Part shown: positions 49,913 through 60,065 of the stretch, in pieces
Numbering within the stretch: the first letter of the stretch is position 1
Layout: each line of letters opens with the position of its first letter
Origin: Opitutales bacterium
GTDB taxonomy: Bacteria; Verrucomicrobiota; Verrucomicrobiia; Opitutales; UBA953
NCBI GenBank assembly: GCA_040398005.1
Contig: JBBAUX010000001.1
Coordinates: 245,275 to 309,274, forward strand
Reading direction: 5' to 3'
DNA: 64,000 bases
Program-made: the position numbers and the translations under genes
Notes under the pieces: model-generated
Told to the model about the DNA's origin: nothing
Seen by the model: the letters and a program-made list of their open reading frames with translations, nothing else
The model's database searches: none

Positions 49913-50023
49913 GTTTGAAGCGACCGCCGATTGCTTCGAACATAACAAACCAAACAGTCAAACACCCTTGATCCAATGTCCTCTCCTTCGGCAAGAAGCG
50001 GGATACGGAGCTAATAAAAAAAC
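49913..50023 (+). promoter_or_regulatory. Structured rpsB 5' leader (candidate S2 autoregulatory element)
   Basis: 11-bp hairpin 49913-49941 and a TCC/TGTCC..GGATA/GGA stem 49972-50009; TTGCCA at 49872. Confidence 0.5.
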
Positions 50024-50887
50024 ATGAACATCACAGTCAAAGACCTACTCGACGCAGGCGTCCACTTCGGACACCAAACACGTCGCTGGAATCCTAAATC
50101 CCGTCCTTTCATTTTCGACCACCGCAATGGTGTTTCGATTATCGATTTGGAAAAGTCACATGCGTGCCTCGCGGCCGCTGTTGCTTACCTCGAAGATACC
50201 GCTGCCAAAGGCAAAGATATCCTCTTCGTTGCAACTAAGCCCCAAGCACAAGAAGTCGTACGCCAAGCTGCTAAGTCAGTCGGCATGCCCTTCGCCGTGA
50301 ATCGCTGGCTCGGTGGCACCCTCACTAATTTCGCGACCATCAAGAAGTCGCTCGATTCTTACCGTAACTATCTGCGCATGGAGCAAGACGGCTCTCTCGC
50401 TAAGATGCATAAAAAAGAAGGCGCTGCAGTGCGTCGCGAGATGTCTCGTATGCAACGTAACTTCGAAGGTTTACTCGAATACCGCGATCTGCCTTCCGCG
50501 ATGATCGTTATCGACAGCAAACAAGAAGCGATTGCCGTTAACGAAGCGAACCGCCTCAAGATTCCTGTCATCGGTCTTTGCGATTCGAATTCCGATCCTT
50601 CTGTTCTCCAATTCCCAGTTCCAGGCAATGATGACGCTGCTAAATCCATCCGTTTAATTGTCGAAGTACTGACCCAGGCCGTTCAAACCGGAATTGCTCG
50701 TCGTAAGACTGAGCGCGATCCTCGTAAGACCGTATCGCCTATCAGCCGCTCCGAAAACGGAGAATCCGTTCAACCTGAAGTGACTATTTCCAAAGAATTA
50801 ATGGAAGCGAGCAACGGCGTTGAAGAAGAAGTAGATGGCGCTGCGAAAAGCAAAGCCCCTCGTCTCCGCAGTAAGTCCTCCAAGTAA
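50024..50887 (+). CDS. rpsB: 30S ribosomal protein S2
   Basis: AGVHFGHQTRRWNPK, RWLGGTLTNF, PGNDDA. Confidence 0.99.
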   Translation: MNITVKDLLDAGVHFGHQTRRWNPKSRPFIFDHRNGVSIIDLEKSHACLAAAVAYLEDTAAKGKDILFVATKPQAQEVVRQAAKSVGMPFAVNRWLGGTLTNFATIKKSLDSYRNYLRMEQDGSLAKMHKKEGAAVRREMSRMQRNFEGLLEYRDLPSAMIVIDSKQEAIAVNEANRLKIPVIGLCDSNSDPSVLQFPVPGNDDAAKSIRLIVEVLTQAVQTGIARRKTERDPRKTVSPISRSENGESVQPEVTISKELMEASNGVEEEVDGAAKSKAPRLRSKSSK

Positions 50888-50899
50888 TTTAAAACGACC

Positions 50900-51940
50900 A
50901 TGTCCGTAATTACTGCACAGACTGTAAATGATCTGCGTCAGCGCACCGGCGCTGGCCTCATGGATTGCAAGAAAGCCCTCACCGAAGCCAATGGCGAAAT
51001 GGAGAAGGCCGTCGAAATCTTACGTATTAAGGGTATCGCTACTCGTAATAAAAAAGCCGATCGCAAGGCCAGCGAAGGCATTCTCGCCGTTCAAGTCGAT
51101 GCTGATGGTAAATCGGCCATCTTACTTGAATTGAATTGTGAAACCGACTTCGTTGCGAAGAACGAAAACTTTATCGCTCTCGCTAAAGACTTAGTCGGCC
51201 AAGCAACTAAGCACGGCGTCGATAACTTCCTCGATCAAGCTTACGACGCTGATACCAGCCGTAAGGTGAATGATTTCTTAAACGATCAAGTCACCAAAAT
51301 CGGCGAGAACTTAAAAGTCTCCCGCGTTTTAAAATTCCCAGCTTCAGGCTCGGGCCGCGTTTCCGCCTACGTTCACACGGGTGCGAAAATCGCCGTTCTC
51401 CTTGAGCTTTCCACGAAATCACCCGCCGGTGCCTCTCATGCCGATGTTGCTGAATTCGCCCGTCAAATGGCGATGCAAGTCGTCGCGAATAACGGACGTT
51501 TCGTTCGTCGTGAAGATGTTTCTCCTGACGTGGTTGCGAAGGAAAAAGAAATCGCTCTCGAATTCACTAAATCCGAAGCCGATAAAGCGATTGAAGAAGT
51601 GAAGCGCGTTATCGAAGACTATAAGGGTCAACTTGCGGAACAAACCACCGCGAACGATGCAGAGGCGATTGCTGAATTAACCAAGCGTATTGGTGTTGCC
51701 GAAAAACAACTGATTGCTGCCGAAGGTCGTAAGAAAGCTCAATTATCTAACATTGAGAAAATTGTCTCCGGCCGAGTCGACAAGTACTTCGCTGAAGTTT
51801 GCTTACTCGAACAGTCATTCTTCCGTGATCCTGATAAGAAAGTTTTAGAATTATTAGCCGAACTCTCCAAGAAAATCGGAGAAGAGGTTTCCGTAGTTCG
51901 CTTCACACGTTACACCGTCGGCGAAACCGCTGCAGAGTAA
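50900..51940 (+). CDS. tsf: Elongation factor Ts with a helical insertion
   Basis: LRQRTGAGLMDCKKAL, ELNCETDFVAKN, IGEN, CLLEQ, RFTRYTVGE. Confidence 0.98.
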   Translation: MSVITAQTVNDLRQRTGAGLMDCKKALTEANGEMEKAVEILRIKGIATRNKKADRKASEGILAVQVDADGKSAILLELNCETDFVAKNENFIALAKDLVGQATKHGVDNFLDQAYDADTSRKVNDFLNDQVTKIGENLKVSRVLKFPASGSGRVSAYVHTGAKIAVLLELSTKSPAGASHADVAEFARQMAMQVVANNGRFVRREDVSPDVVAKEKEIALEFTKSEADKAIEEVKRVIEDYKGQLAEQTTANDAEAIAELTKRIGVAEKQLIAAEGRKKAQLSNIEKIVSGRVDKYFAEVCLLEQSFFRDPDKKVLELLAELSKKIGEEVSVVRFTRYTVGETAAE

Positions 51941-51958
51941 TTAGTCTGATTCATCACT

Positions 51959-51994
51959 AAAAGGGCCGACTTTCCCAAGAGAGTCGGCCCTTTT
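51959..51994 (+). terminator. Intrinsic terminator after tsf
   Basis: AAAAGGGCCGACTTTC-CCAA-GAGAGTCGGCCCTTTT. Confidence 0.9.
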
Positions 51995-52030
51995 CTTTAC
52001 ATGGGTAGTTTAGGTGCTATCCTTTAGGGT

Positions 52031-52429
52031 ATGGCTTTTCGACCCGATATCTTTTGGCGATCCGCCCGCGGACGGTGTCCCGACTGTAATGACGATATTA
52101 ATCCCCTAGGAGTCTCGCTTTGGAAAAAGTTATTTAACACCCCCATGCATTGCGCGGGATGTGGGATGACCCTCCGACGCAAAGAGGGTTTTTTTCTCGG
52201 CTCGATCGTTTGGAACTACGGACTGATTTCATTCGGCGTCTTACCCGTCCTTTTACTTTGTCTGGCTAAGAATTGGATCTCCACTGACCACGCTATCCAA
52301 GTCGCCGTGATCTCAGCTTTCATACTCCCATTTTTTATTCATGGGTTTGCCTGGAGATTATGGATTGGAACGTACTACGCATTCTTACCCGATCAGTTGC
52401 CGTCCTCCGGTCGCCGCCTAGACGACTAA
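52031..52429 (+). CDS. DUF983-like zinc-ribbon membrane protein
   Basis: RCPDC...HCAGCG, EGFFLG, two TM helices. Confidence 0.8.
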   Translation: MAFRPDIFWRSARGRCPDCNDDINPLGVSLWKKLFNTPMHCAGCGMTLRRKEGFFLGSIVWNYGLISFGVLPVLLLCLAKNWISTDHAIQVAVISAFILPFFIHGFAWRLWIGTYYAFLPDQLPSSGRRLDD

Positions 52430-53313
52430 CTTTTACGCGACGCCATCTGCGTGATTAACATGCAGAGAAAATTAGTATTGGCTTCACAGGCACGCAGGTT
52501 GCCAACGGCTTCATCAGTCAGTTGCTTGATACGCGCCCGTGTCGCTTCGATACCGTAAAGATTAGCGAAAGTTAACTTATCATTATCTTTATCCGCTCCC
52601 ACGGGTTTGCCTAAGCTGGCCGTAGTTCCGTGAGCGTCTAATAAATCATCAACCAATTGGAAGGCGATGCCGGCTTGTTGTCCCGCTAATCTAAAGTGTT
52701 CGATCTCTTTGGTTGATGCACCGCCAATGCGTGCACCCAACGTCAGTGACACACTCAACATGGCTGCCGTTTTTCCACGTAAAATAAATTCAAGTTTCTC
52801 CGACTGATTTTTCTTATCACCGGTATTCATGTCTTCCGCCTGTCCGCCGACGAGTAACGTTGATCCAGCTGCTTCTGCGAGTTCGCCCACGAGTTCTTGA
52901 ACGAGAGTGGGATGATCGGAGTATCCTTGAGTTAAGAGTTTAAAGGCTAAAGGAATGAGCGCATCGCCAGCGAGCAGGGCAGTGGCTTCGTCGAATGCTT
53001 TATGGCAGGAAGGTCTGCCGCGTCGTAAATCGGAATTATCCATGCACGGCAAATCATCATGGATCAGTGAATAGCTGTGAATGCACTCTATCGCGGTGGC
53101 TGCGTGTCGTGCATCGGCATCTGCCCGAAACGCTTTAGCTGCGGCTAAACAGAGTACCGGACGCAATCGCTTGCCACCCGCATCGAGCGAGTAGCGCATG
53201 GCTTCGTGTAATCGTGCCGGCGTAGTTGTGGCTGAAGGTGTAAGCGAACGCAGCGCTTTTTCTGCTTCTTGAACGAGGTCGTCGAATTGCTTCTGGAAAA
53301 GCGCAGCGTCCAT
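52426..53313 (-). CDS. ispA: Short-chain polyprenyl (farnesyl/geranylgeranyl) diphosphate synthase
   Basis: GGKRLRP, SLIHDDLPCMD, LRRG, GQ, KT, FQLVDDLLD. Confidence 0.94.
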   Translation of the reverse strand: MDAALFQKQFDDLVQEAEKALRSLTPSATTTPARLHEAMRYSLDAGGKRLRPVLCLAAAKAFRADADARHAATAIECIHSYSLIHDDLPCMDNSDLRRGRPSCHKAFDEATALLAGDALIPLAFKLLTQGYSDHPTLVQELVGELAEAAGSTLLVGGQAEDMNTGDKKNQSEKLEFILRGKTAAMLSVSLTLGARIGGASTKEIEHFRLAGQQAGIAFQLVDDLLDAHGTTASLGKPVGADKDNDKLTFANLYGIEATRARIKQLTDEAVGNLRACEANTNFLCMLITQMASRKS

Positions 53314-53315
53314 TT

Positions 53316-53615
53316 TTATTCTTCGCTTATACCTAATTTGAAAAATGTCGCGGTACGTCCGACTGAGCCGATGACTTCACTGTGCGTGAGACTTGCCAGG
53401 GATTGAGCTTGTTGCTCCATGACATCGCGTTCGGAGTTGAAACGGACTTTAACGAGGTCGGCATTTTTAAAGGCATCTTCGAGAAGTTTAGCGATACCAT
53501 CATTGACGCCTAACTTTCCAACAAAGACTTTGGGGTCCAGCGTTTGAGCTAGCCCACGCAACTTGCTACGCTCGGCACTGGTTAGAGTAGGTTTGTCGGT
53601 TGATCCATTATCCAT
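53316..53615 (-). CDS. yhbY: YhbY/CRM-domain RNA-binding protein
   Basis: LTSAERSKLRGLA..L.P.V.VGKLG, LVKV. Confidence 0.9.
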   Translation of the reverse strand: MDNGSTDKPTLTSAERSKLRGLAQTLDPKVFVGKLGVNDGIAKLLEDAFKNADLVKVRFNSERDVMEQQAQSLASLTHSEVIGSVGRTATFFKLGISEE

Positions 53616-53776
53616 AAGCCGATTTCAAAGGCGTCGCTGGGAGAGTCAACGGGCTAATCTTTAAGGATACCCCAGTTTTAGCGTATTTTGGTACTCAATT
53701 ATCGGTAATTAACGGCCAAATACGGCTTGCATAGCTGAGTCCAGCCTGTCACTAAAGACGGCTTAACTTCGTTAGG

Positions 53777-53871
53777 GAGAGGGGCGGAGCCCTTCTCACG
53801 CTGGCCGGAGAGCGAAAGCTCTTTCCAGACGGAGGTACCGGCCATTCGGCGGGTCCTCGGGAATTTTTCCC
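53777..53871 (+). ncRNA. Structured cis-RNA in the rpsO leader (candidate S15 leader)
   Basis: Hairpin 53777-53797; three-way junction TGGCCGG/CCGGCCA enclosing AGAGC-GAAA-GCTCT and TTCC-AGAC-GGAG; GGGAA/TTCCC hairpin. Confidence 0.6.
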
Positions 53872-53910
53872 AAGTCGGTCAAAAAAACAAAACCAAAACT
53901 CACCACACCC

Positions 53911-54171
53911 ATGACAATCAACAAGTCGGAAATTATCAAAAGCAACCAGAAGGACGCTAAAGACACAGGATCACCTGAAGTCCAAGTCGCCATCGTTTCT
54001 GCGCGCATTAACCACCTCACCGAGCACTTGCGCGATCACCGCAAAGACTTCCACTCACGTCGCGGTCTCATCATGCTGACCAACCGCCGTCGTAAGCTGC
54101 TCAATTATTTAAAGTCGAGCGATCTGGACCGTTACAACGCCCTCATCGTTAAACTCAACCTGCGTAAGTAA
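53911..54171 (+). CDS. rpsO: 30S ribosomal protein S15
   Basis: [29 protein letters not shown]. Confidence 0.99.
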   Translation: MTINKSEIIKSNQKDAKDTGSPEVQVAIVSARINHLTEHLRDHRKDFHSRRGLIMLTNRRRKLLNYLKSSDLDRYNALIVKLNLRK

Positions 54172-54198
54172 TTTAGGCGCACAGCGCTGAGTTACCAC

Positions 54199-54227
54199 GC
54201 ACGTCCCAGCCCATGCTGGGACGTTGC
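54199..54227 (+). promoter_or_regulatory. Stable rpsO-pnp intergenic hairpin (processing site or weak terminator)
   Basis: ACGTCCCAGC-CCAT-GCTGGGACGT perfect 10-bp stem without a long U-tract. Confidence 0.6.
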
Positions 54228-54293
54228 ATTTCACCTCAACAAAACCAAAACCCGCTGGGCAATCCCGTTCAGCACAAAAACCAAACAAAACAT

Positions 54294-56519
54294 ATGAAAC
54301 AACAACACTCCGTGACTATCGACGAACTCGGTATCACTATCAGCACAGGTTCCTTAGCACGTCTCGCTAATGGCTCTGTGACGATCAGCAAAGGCGAGAC
54401 CACGGTCTTCGTTTCTGCTACCGCCGCCGAAGAATTGCGTTCACCCGACCAAGACTTTTTCCCGCTCACCGTAGACTACCGCGAAAAGTTCGCTGCCGCT
54501 GGCCGCTTCCCCGGTGGTTATTTCCGCCGCGAAGGTAAACCTTCCGATAAAGAAATTTTAACCTCACGTCTTTGCGATCGTCCTCTCCGTCCTCTCTTCC
54601 CCGAAGGTTTCTTAAATGAAGTTCAAGTCATTGGCTTACTGCTTTCGGCTGACCTCGTGAATGAGCCCGATGTCTTAATGGTAAACGCTGCTTCTGCTGC
54701 CTTACTTTGTTCTGACATTCCTTGGAACGGTCCGATCGGTTGTATCCGCTTAGGTCGCGTTGAAGGTAAGTTCGTAGTGAATCCTACCCACGAAGAACAA
54801 TTCGCCTCTGATCTCGATTTAATCTACGTCGGCAATGAGCGCGACATGATGATGATTGAAGGTTCGGCTGATCAAATTCCTGAAGCCGACTTCATTGCGG
54901 CCCTTGAATACGCTCACAAGGCGATCCAGCCTATCATCGCAGCTCAACGTAAGTTAGCTTCACTCTGTGCGAAGAAAAAGCGCGTTTTCCCTCTCGTCGT
55001 TTGTGAACCTAAAGCATTAGCCATTTGCGAACGCGTGGCCGCCGAAGGCGATCAACTCAAGAAGGCCATTTTCTTGGCTTCCAAGAAAGAACGTGGCGAC
55101 GCAGTTAAGGCCGTCGTTGAAAAATCTAAGGCTGCTTGCCAAGCAGAACTCGGCGCCGTCTTTGACGCTCGCCAAATCAAGATCGCTTTCGAAAAACTCC
55201 AAGAAAAAGTTTATCGCTCGGCTATCATTGAGAACGGTCAACGTGCTGACGGTCGTGGTACCAATGACCTTCGTCCGATCTCCTGTCAGGTCGACGTCTT
55301 ACCTCGCGTACACGGCTCTGCGATTTTCCAACGTGGCGAAACTCAAGGCCTCGTATTAGCAACTCTCGGAACTTCGAAAGATGCTCAAGACGTAGACGCC
55401 ATCACGGGCGGTGCAAAATCGAAGTCATTCCTCCTGCACTATAACTTCCCTCCATTCTCAGTAGGTGAGACCGGACGTTTTGGTATGACCAGCCGTCGTG
55501 AGACGGGTCACGGCAATCTCGCTGAGCGCTCCCTGCTCTCCGTTCTGCCTTCCGAACAAGACTTCCCTTACTCAATCCGCTTAGTCTCCGAAATCATGGA
55601 GTCCAATGGTTCAACCTCCATGGCTTCGGTTTGCGGTGGTACTTTAGCTCTCATGGATGCAGGCGTACCTATTAAAGCTCCTGTTGCCGGTATCTCTTGT
55701 GGTTTAGTCACCGAAGAGAAAGACGGTAAAGTCGTGAAGCACCGCGTGCTCACCGACATCATCGGTGCCGAAGATCACTACGGCGATATGGACTTCAAAA
55801 TCTGTGGTACCACCGAAGGTATCACCGGTTTCCAGCTCGACCTTAAGATCCACGGTCTGCCCATCGAAATTGCGAAGGAAGCCATTATGCAGAACAAGGT
55901 CACCCGTGACCAAATTCTCGGTTACATGGTGTCAACCCTCTCGGCACCTCGTGCAGAGCTCAAGCCCTGTGCTCCTCGTACCCATCGCCTGAAGATTCCT
56001 TCTGATAAGATCGGTGCACTCATCGGTCCTGGCGGTAAGAATATCAAACGCATCACCGAGTACACGGGCTGCCAATTAGATATCGACCAAGACGACTCTG
56101 GTTGGGTAACAATCTTCGCGACTGACGGCGAAAAACTCGCTCGTGCCATCAACGAAGTAAATCTCATCTCAGCCCAAATCGAATTAGAAAAAACCTATAA
56201 AGGTGTTGTTCGCTCGGTGAAGGAATTCGGTGCCTTCATTGAATGTCTCCCTGGTCAAGAAGGCCTCGTCCACATATCCGAACTCGCTGACTTCCGTGTG
56301 AACCGCGTTGAAGACATCGTTAAGCTCGGTGATGAAATCATTGTGAAGTGCGTAGGCATCGATGACAAAGGTCGCGTCCGTCTCTCCCGTCGTGCTGCGA
56401 TTGCTGAAAAAGAAGGCCGTGAATACGCGCCAGCTCAAAAGCCAGCCTTTGATCGCCCTGAGCGCCCCCGTCGTCCCTTCCGCGAACGCGGTGGCGATAA
56501 CGAAGGCGGCGAAGGATAA
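54294..56519 (+). CDS. pnp: Polyribonucleotide nucleotidyltransferase
   Basis: [36 protein letters not shown] and S1 domains; start moved to 54294. Confidence 0.99.
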   Translation: MKQQHSVTIDELGITISTGSLARLANGSVTISKGETTVFVSATAAEELRSPDQDFFPLTVDYREKFAAAGRFPGGYFRREGKPSDKEILTSRLCDRPLRPLFPEGFLNEVQVIGLLLSADLVNEPDVLMVNAASAALLCSDIPWNGPIGCIRLGRVEGKFVVNPTHEEQFASDLDLIYVGNERDMMMIEGSADQIPEADFIAALEYAHKAIQPIIAAQRKLASLCAKKKRVFPLVVCEPKALAICERVAAEGDQLKKAIFLASKKERGDAVKAVVEKSKAACQAELGAVFDARQIKIAFEKLQEKVYRSAIIENGQRADGRGTNDLRPISCQVDVLPRVHGSAIFQRGETQGLVLATLGTSKDAQDVDAITGGAKSKSFLLHYNFPPFSVGETGRFGMTSRRETGHGNLAERSLLSVLPSEQDFPYSIRLVSEIMESNGSTSMASVCGGTLALMDAGVPIKAPVAGISCGLVTEEKDGKVVKHRVLTDIIGAEDHYGDMDFKICGTTEGITGFQLDLKIHGLPIEIAKEAIMQNKVTRDQILGYMVSTLSAPRAELKPCAPRTHRLKIPSDKIGALIGPGGKNIKRITEYTGCQLDIDQDDSGWVTIFATDGEKLARAINEVNLISAQIELEKTYKGVVRSVKEFGAFIECLPGQEGLVHISELADFRVNRVEDIVKLGDEIIVKCVGIDDKGRVRLSRRAAIAEKEGREYAPAQKPAFDRPERPRRPFRERGGDNEGGEG

Positions 56520-56539
56520 TCACTTCAACTGACCTCAAT

Positions 56540-56566
56540 AAAAACCCCGGTTCGCCGGGGTTTTTT
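56540..56566. terminator. Bidirectional terminator (pnp / RDD gene)
   Basis: AAAAACCCCGG-TTCG-CCGGGGTTTTTT. Confidence 0.92.
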
Positions 56567-56577
56567 GTTGGGACGAT

Positions 56578-57204
56578 TTAGCGCTTACGTAAATCAATCA
56601 CGTACGAGCGGGTAAACATATCGTGCCACGCCCTGCGGTCTTTGCGAAACAGTGGAACGTGAAAATTGATGATGCCTAAAATTGAAGTAAACGGATTAAA
56701 GAGATTTATAAACGCCGCTTTCCATGCTGAGCGTAGTAAGCAGGAAAGAACGCCGGGTGACTCTTGAGTGTAAAAGTCGACCACCTTTAAGCTAAACATT
56801 CGCTTACCGAGGGTTTGACCGCCCAGGAAAATTTCCTGCAAGGCGAGTCCTAGCCAGGTAACCAGAAAACAAATTTCACCCATTTGGGTCAGAGCGATGG
56901 CTACGGCCTTCATATCTTTTTCGTCCGGGTGTTGCGCCATCTGCATGAGTTTGTTCTGCTCTTGAACGGATGGGTTCTGAATGACCTTCACGTATTGATT
57001 CTTAATTTTATTATAAAAGGCATCAGTGCGTTCCCGAGCCGCTAATTCTTCGGTATTAGCAACCTGGCCCGCTAAAAATAACCCGATAATAATGAGCGGA
57101 ATGATGTCTGCCAAACACGCTAATGATCGCCAGCCAAATCCTGCGGGTGGGCGGGGTAGTGGAGGAGGGGTGGACGAATTAGCCACGTGCGTTCGCACGC
57201 TCAC
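56578..57204 (-). CDS. RDD-family membrane protein
   Basis: [32 protein letters not shown]; start may be GTG 57186. Confidence 0.9.
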   Translation of the reverse strand: MSVRTHVANSSTPPPLPRPPAGFGWRSLACLADIIPLIIIGLFLAGQVANTEELAARERTDAFYNKIKNQYVKVIQNPSVQEQNKLMQMAQHPDEKDMKAVAIALTQMGEICFLVTWLGLALQEIFLGGQTLGKRMFSLKVVDFYTQESPGVLSCLLRSAWKAAFINLFNPFTSILGIINFHVPLFRKDRRAWHDMFTRSYVIDLRKR

Positions 57205-58051
57205 AGGCGTCCAAAGTATTTTTCATCAGCATCGCGACCGTCATGGGACCGACCCCACCCGGTACTGGACTGATTGCGCTGCTCACTTTAGAAACATTTT
57301 CAAAATCAACATCTCCGATAATGGCATAACCATTTTTCTTGGTCGCATCAGCCACTCGATTGATTCCGACATCAATGACCACTGCCCCCGGCTTGATCAT
57401 GTCCGCTGTAATAAATTTGGCCTTACCGATGGCAGCAATGACGATATCGGCCTGACGAATAATCGCCGACAAATCCTTGGTCTGTGAATGCGTAATGGTG
57501 ACCGTACAATTGCATGCCTTAGAAATAAGTAAAATCGCAGCGGGTTTACCTACGATTAATGAACGCCCCACCACTACGGCATGTTTACCACTGGTTTCAA
57601 TGTTGGAACGTTTTAATAATTCAATCACGCCAGCCGGAGTGCAGGCGGCAAACGCACCAGGAATTTCTTGAACTAATTTACCAATGCTGAGTGTGCCGAA
57701 GCCATCGACATCTTTTTGCGATGCGACTCGATTAAATACATCAGTTTCGGATAAATGTTTAGGCAATGGAGCCTGAATTAAAATCCCGTGTACGGAGCTA
57801 TCGGCATTGAGTGCGTCGATATGTTTAAATAAATCAGCTTGGGTTACGGTCTCAGGAAAAACTTTGATACTAGCCTGCATGCCGACTTCGGCGGCGGTCT
57901 TTTGTTTCTTGGTTACATAGGAGACCGAAGCAGGATCTTCCCCTACGCGGATGAATGCTACATGGGGAATGATAGGCGCCAGCCGGGCCACTCGCGCTTT
58001 GATTTCCGCGAGAACCTCCTGGGCGATTAAATTACCATCAATGAGTCTCAT
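57179..58051 (-). CDS. folD: Methylenetetrahydrofolate dehydrogenase/cyclohydrolase
   Basis: [45 protein letters not shown]. Confidence 0.98.
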   Translation of the reverse strand: MRLIDGNLIAQEVLAEIKARVARLAPIIPHVAFIRVGEDPASVSYVTKKQKTAAEVGMQASIKVFPETVTQADLFKHIDALNADSSVHGILIQAPLPKHLSETDVFNRVASQKDVDGFGTLSIGKLVQEIPGAFAACTPAGVIELLKRSNIETSGKHAVVVGRSLIVGKPAAILLISKACNCTVTITHSQTKDLSAIIRQADIVIAAIGKAKFITADMIKPGAVVIDVGINRVADATKKNGYAIIGDVDFENVSKVSSAISPVPGGVGPMTVAMLMKNTLDACERANARG

Positions 58052-58158
58052 ACCCCCTGTGTAAGATAAAAAGTGAGGGGAGGGCGAGATAACTTATTCA
58101 TGGCTCGCCCTTTGACCCCGATTGGCTCTATGCCATAGGGGTGTCGACCGAAGACTCC

Positions 58159-58863
58159 ATGCGTATCCAAAAATTCCTAGCCCAAGCTGGGGTTTGCTCT
58201 CGTCGTGACGCCGAACGTCTGGTGGCCGAAGGTTCGATTACCATTAACGGGAAAATCGCAGCCGTGGGTCAGCCCGTTAACGCGGAAACCGATGTGGTGC
58301 GTTATCGGGGTAAAGAAATTAAACCGCTGGCACGTAATGTAGTTTTAATGATGAATAAGCCGAAAGGTTTTTTATGCACGAATGATGACTCTCACGGTGG
58401 CCACACAGTTTTCGAAATGGTGCCACCCGAGTATAAAGTGATTCGACTCTTCTGCGTGGGTCGCCTCGATAAAGATTCCGAAGGGCTTTTACTTTTAACC
58501 AACGACGGAGCTTTAGCTAATAAAGTCATGCATCCCTCGGGCGGAGTCATCAAGCGCTACGAAGTTCACTTGAATCGTGATTACGATCCGAAACTTACGC
58601 CTAAGTTAATCAAAGGTGCGATGGAAGAGGGCGAACGTTTGCGCTTTAAGAAAGTGATTCGTAATCCCGAAAACCCCAAGCAATTAGAAGTTCACTTGGA
58701 CCAAGGTCGTAAGCGCGAAATTCGACGTCTCTTTGAAATTTTTGGTTTCCACGTGAAGATTCTTCGCCGCTTCCAAATCGGCAGTTTGGTTCTTCGGAAA
58801 ATGCCCCCCGGTGATTGTCGCCCGCTTTCACAAAAAGAAATCGGTATGCTCTTCGAGAATTAA
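58159..58863 (+). CDS. RsuA/RluB-family pseudouridine synthase
   Basis: S4 domain RIQKFLAQAGVCSRR, NKPKG, VGRLDKDSEGLLLLTNDG, GRKREIRR. Confidence 0.95.
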   Translation: MRIQKFLAQAGVCSRRDAERLVAEGSITINGKIAAVGQPVNAETDVVRYRGKEIKPLARNVVLMMNKPKGFLCTNDDSHGGHTVFEMVPPEYKVIRLFCVGRLDKDSEGLLLLTNDGALANKVMHPSGGVIKRYEVHLNRDYDPKLTPKLIKGAMEEGERLRFKKVIRNPENPKQLEVHLDQGRKREIRRLFEIFGFHVKILRRFQIGSLVLRKMPPGDCRPLSQKEIGMLFEN

Positions 58864-58916
58864 GCCTTAAATAATAGGAATTGCACCTAAGCCCGCTTTA
58901 AACCAACCCTTTTATT

Positions 58917-60065
58917 ATGTCTGCTGTTTACGATAAAAATAACCCATTCCACGCCAAACTCGTGGAACGTCGCCGTCTGAGCTCTGCCGCGAGTCTCAAA
59001 GACACTCAACATTTCTCCGTCTCAATCGAAGGCAGTGGCCTGTCCTATACGTGTGGTTATTCGCTAGGTGTTTTTCCAAGTAATAATCTTAACGCTGTGG
59101 ACGCTTTGCTTAAGACGACGGGTTTTAGCGGTACCGAGTCCGTGACGATTCCTAAAGACGTTGCCGCGATTACTTTAAAAGAGGCTCTTACCCATCGCTT
59201 ATCTTTAAATCACCCCACCTATAAGTTTGTTCAATTTCTCCATGATCGCGCTACCGACGAAGCACAGAAAGCCGTATTAGCTTCTCGCATTGCGGAAATA
59301 GATCCTGAAAAAAAGAAATCCTGGATTGAGCAGCATGAATACGTCGATCTCCTTGCTGAATTTTCTTCCGCTAAAATTACCGCTCAAGAATTAGTCGAAC
59401 TACAACGCAAGCTCATGCCTCGTCTGTATTCAATTTCTTCCGCACCCTCTAAATATCCTAACGAAATTCATCTCACCGTTGCCGTCGTGCGTTATGAAAC
59501 CAATGGACGTAAGAGAGAAGGGGTTTGTTCCACTTACTTGGCTGATCGTATTGCGTTAAACACCGCTGAGGTGCCTGTCTTTGTTGCTCATTCTCACTTT
59601 GGTTTACCCACCGACGATTCAGTGCCCATCATCATGGTCGGACCTGGTACGGGCGTCGCCCCTTTCCGTAGTTTCGTGATGGATCGCGCCACCCGCGGTG
59701 CCAAAGGTCGCAACTGGTTATTCTTTGGTGAGCAACGCAAGGACCATGATTTTCTTTATGCCGATGAGTGGGCTGATTATTTAAAATCAGGTGTGTTGAC
59801 CCGACTCGACCTCGCGTTCTCACGCGACCAAGCCGAGAAAATTTACGTCCAGGATCGGATGCGCGAAAATGCCGCTGAGTTATGGAAATGGATTTCGGAA
59901 GGCGCTTATTTCTATGTTTGCGGTGACGCGAAACGCATGGCGAAAGATGTCGACGCTGCTCTCCATCAAATCGTTTCCGAACAAGGTAAGATGTCACCTG
60001 AGGAAGCGGTCGAATGGGTTAAGCATTTCAAGAAAGAAGGACGCTACCAACGCGATGTTTACTGA
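58917..60065 (+). CDS. CysJ-like FAD/NADPH reductase lacking the flavodoxin domain
   Basis: PRLYSISS, GVCSTYL, MVGPGTGVAPFRSF, WLFFG, AFSRDQ, YVCGDA, YQRDVY; only 382 aa. Confidence 0.9.
   Translation: MSAVYDKNNPFHAKLVERRRLSSAASLKDTQHFSVSIEGSGLSYTCGYSLGVFPSNNLNAVDALLKTTGFSGTESVTIPKDVAAITLKEALTHRLSLNHPTYKFVQFLHDRATDEAQKAVLASRIAEIDPEKKKSWIEQHEYVDLLAEFSSAKITAQELVELQRKLMPRLYSISSAPSKYPNEIHLTVAVVRYETNGRKREGVCSTYLADRIALNTAEVPVFVAHSHFGLPTDDSVPIIMVGPGTGVAPFRSFVMDRATRGAKGRNWLFFGEQRKDHDFLYADEWADYLKSGVLTRLDLAFSRDQAEKIYVQDRMRENAAELWKWISEGAYFYVCGDAKRMAKDVDAALHQIVSEQGKMSPEEAVEWVKHFKKEGRYQRDVY

Noticed and set aside
53672..53725. Imperfect inverted repeat CGTATTTTGG...AATTATCGGTAATT...CCAAATACG upstream of the rpsO promoter
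   Set aside because: AT-rich and imperfect; cannot be distinguished from chance without comparative data.
54213..54293. N-terminal extensions given by the ORF track (pnp, fur-like, nadA, trpD, glgC, ilvE, ubiE, both MBL genes)
   Set aside because: They run through leaders, promoters or neighbouring genes; downstream ATGs fit the family N-termini better.
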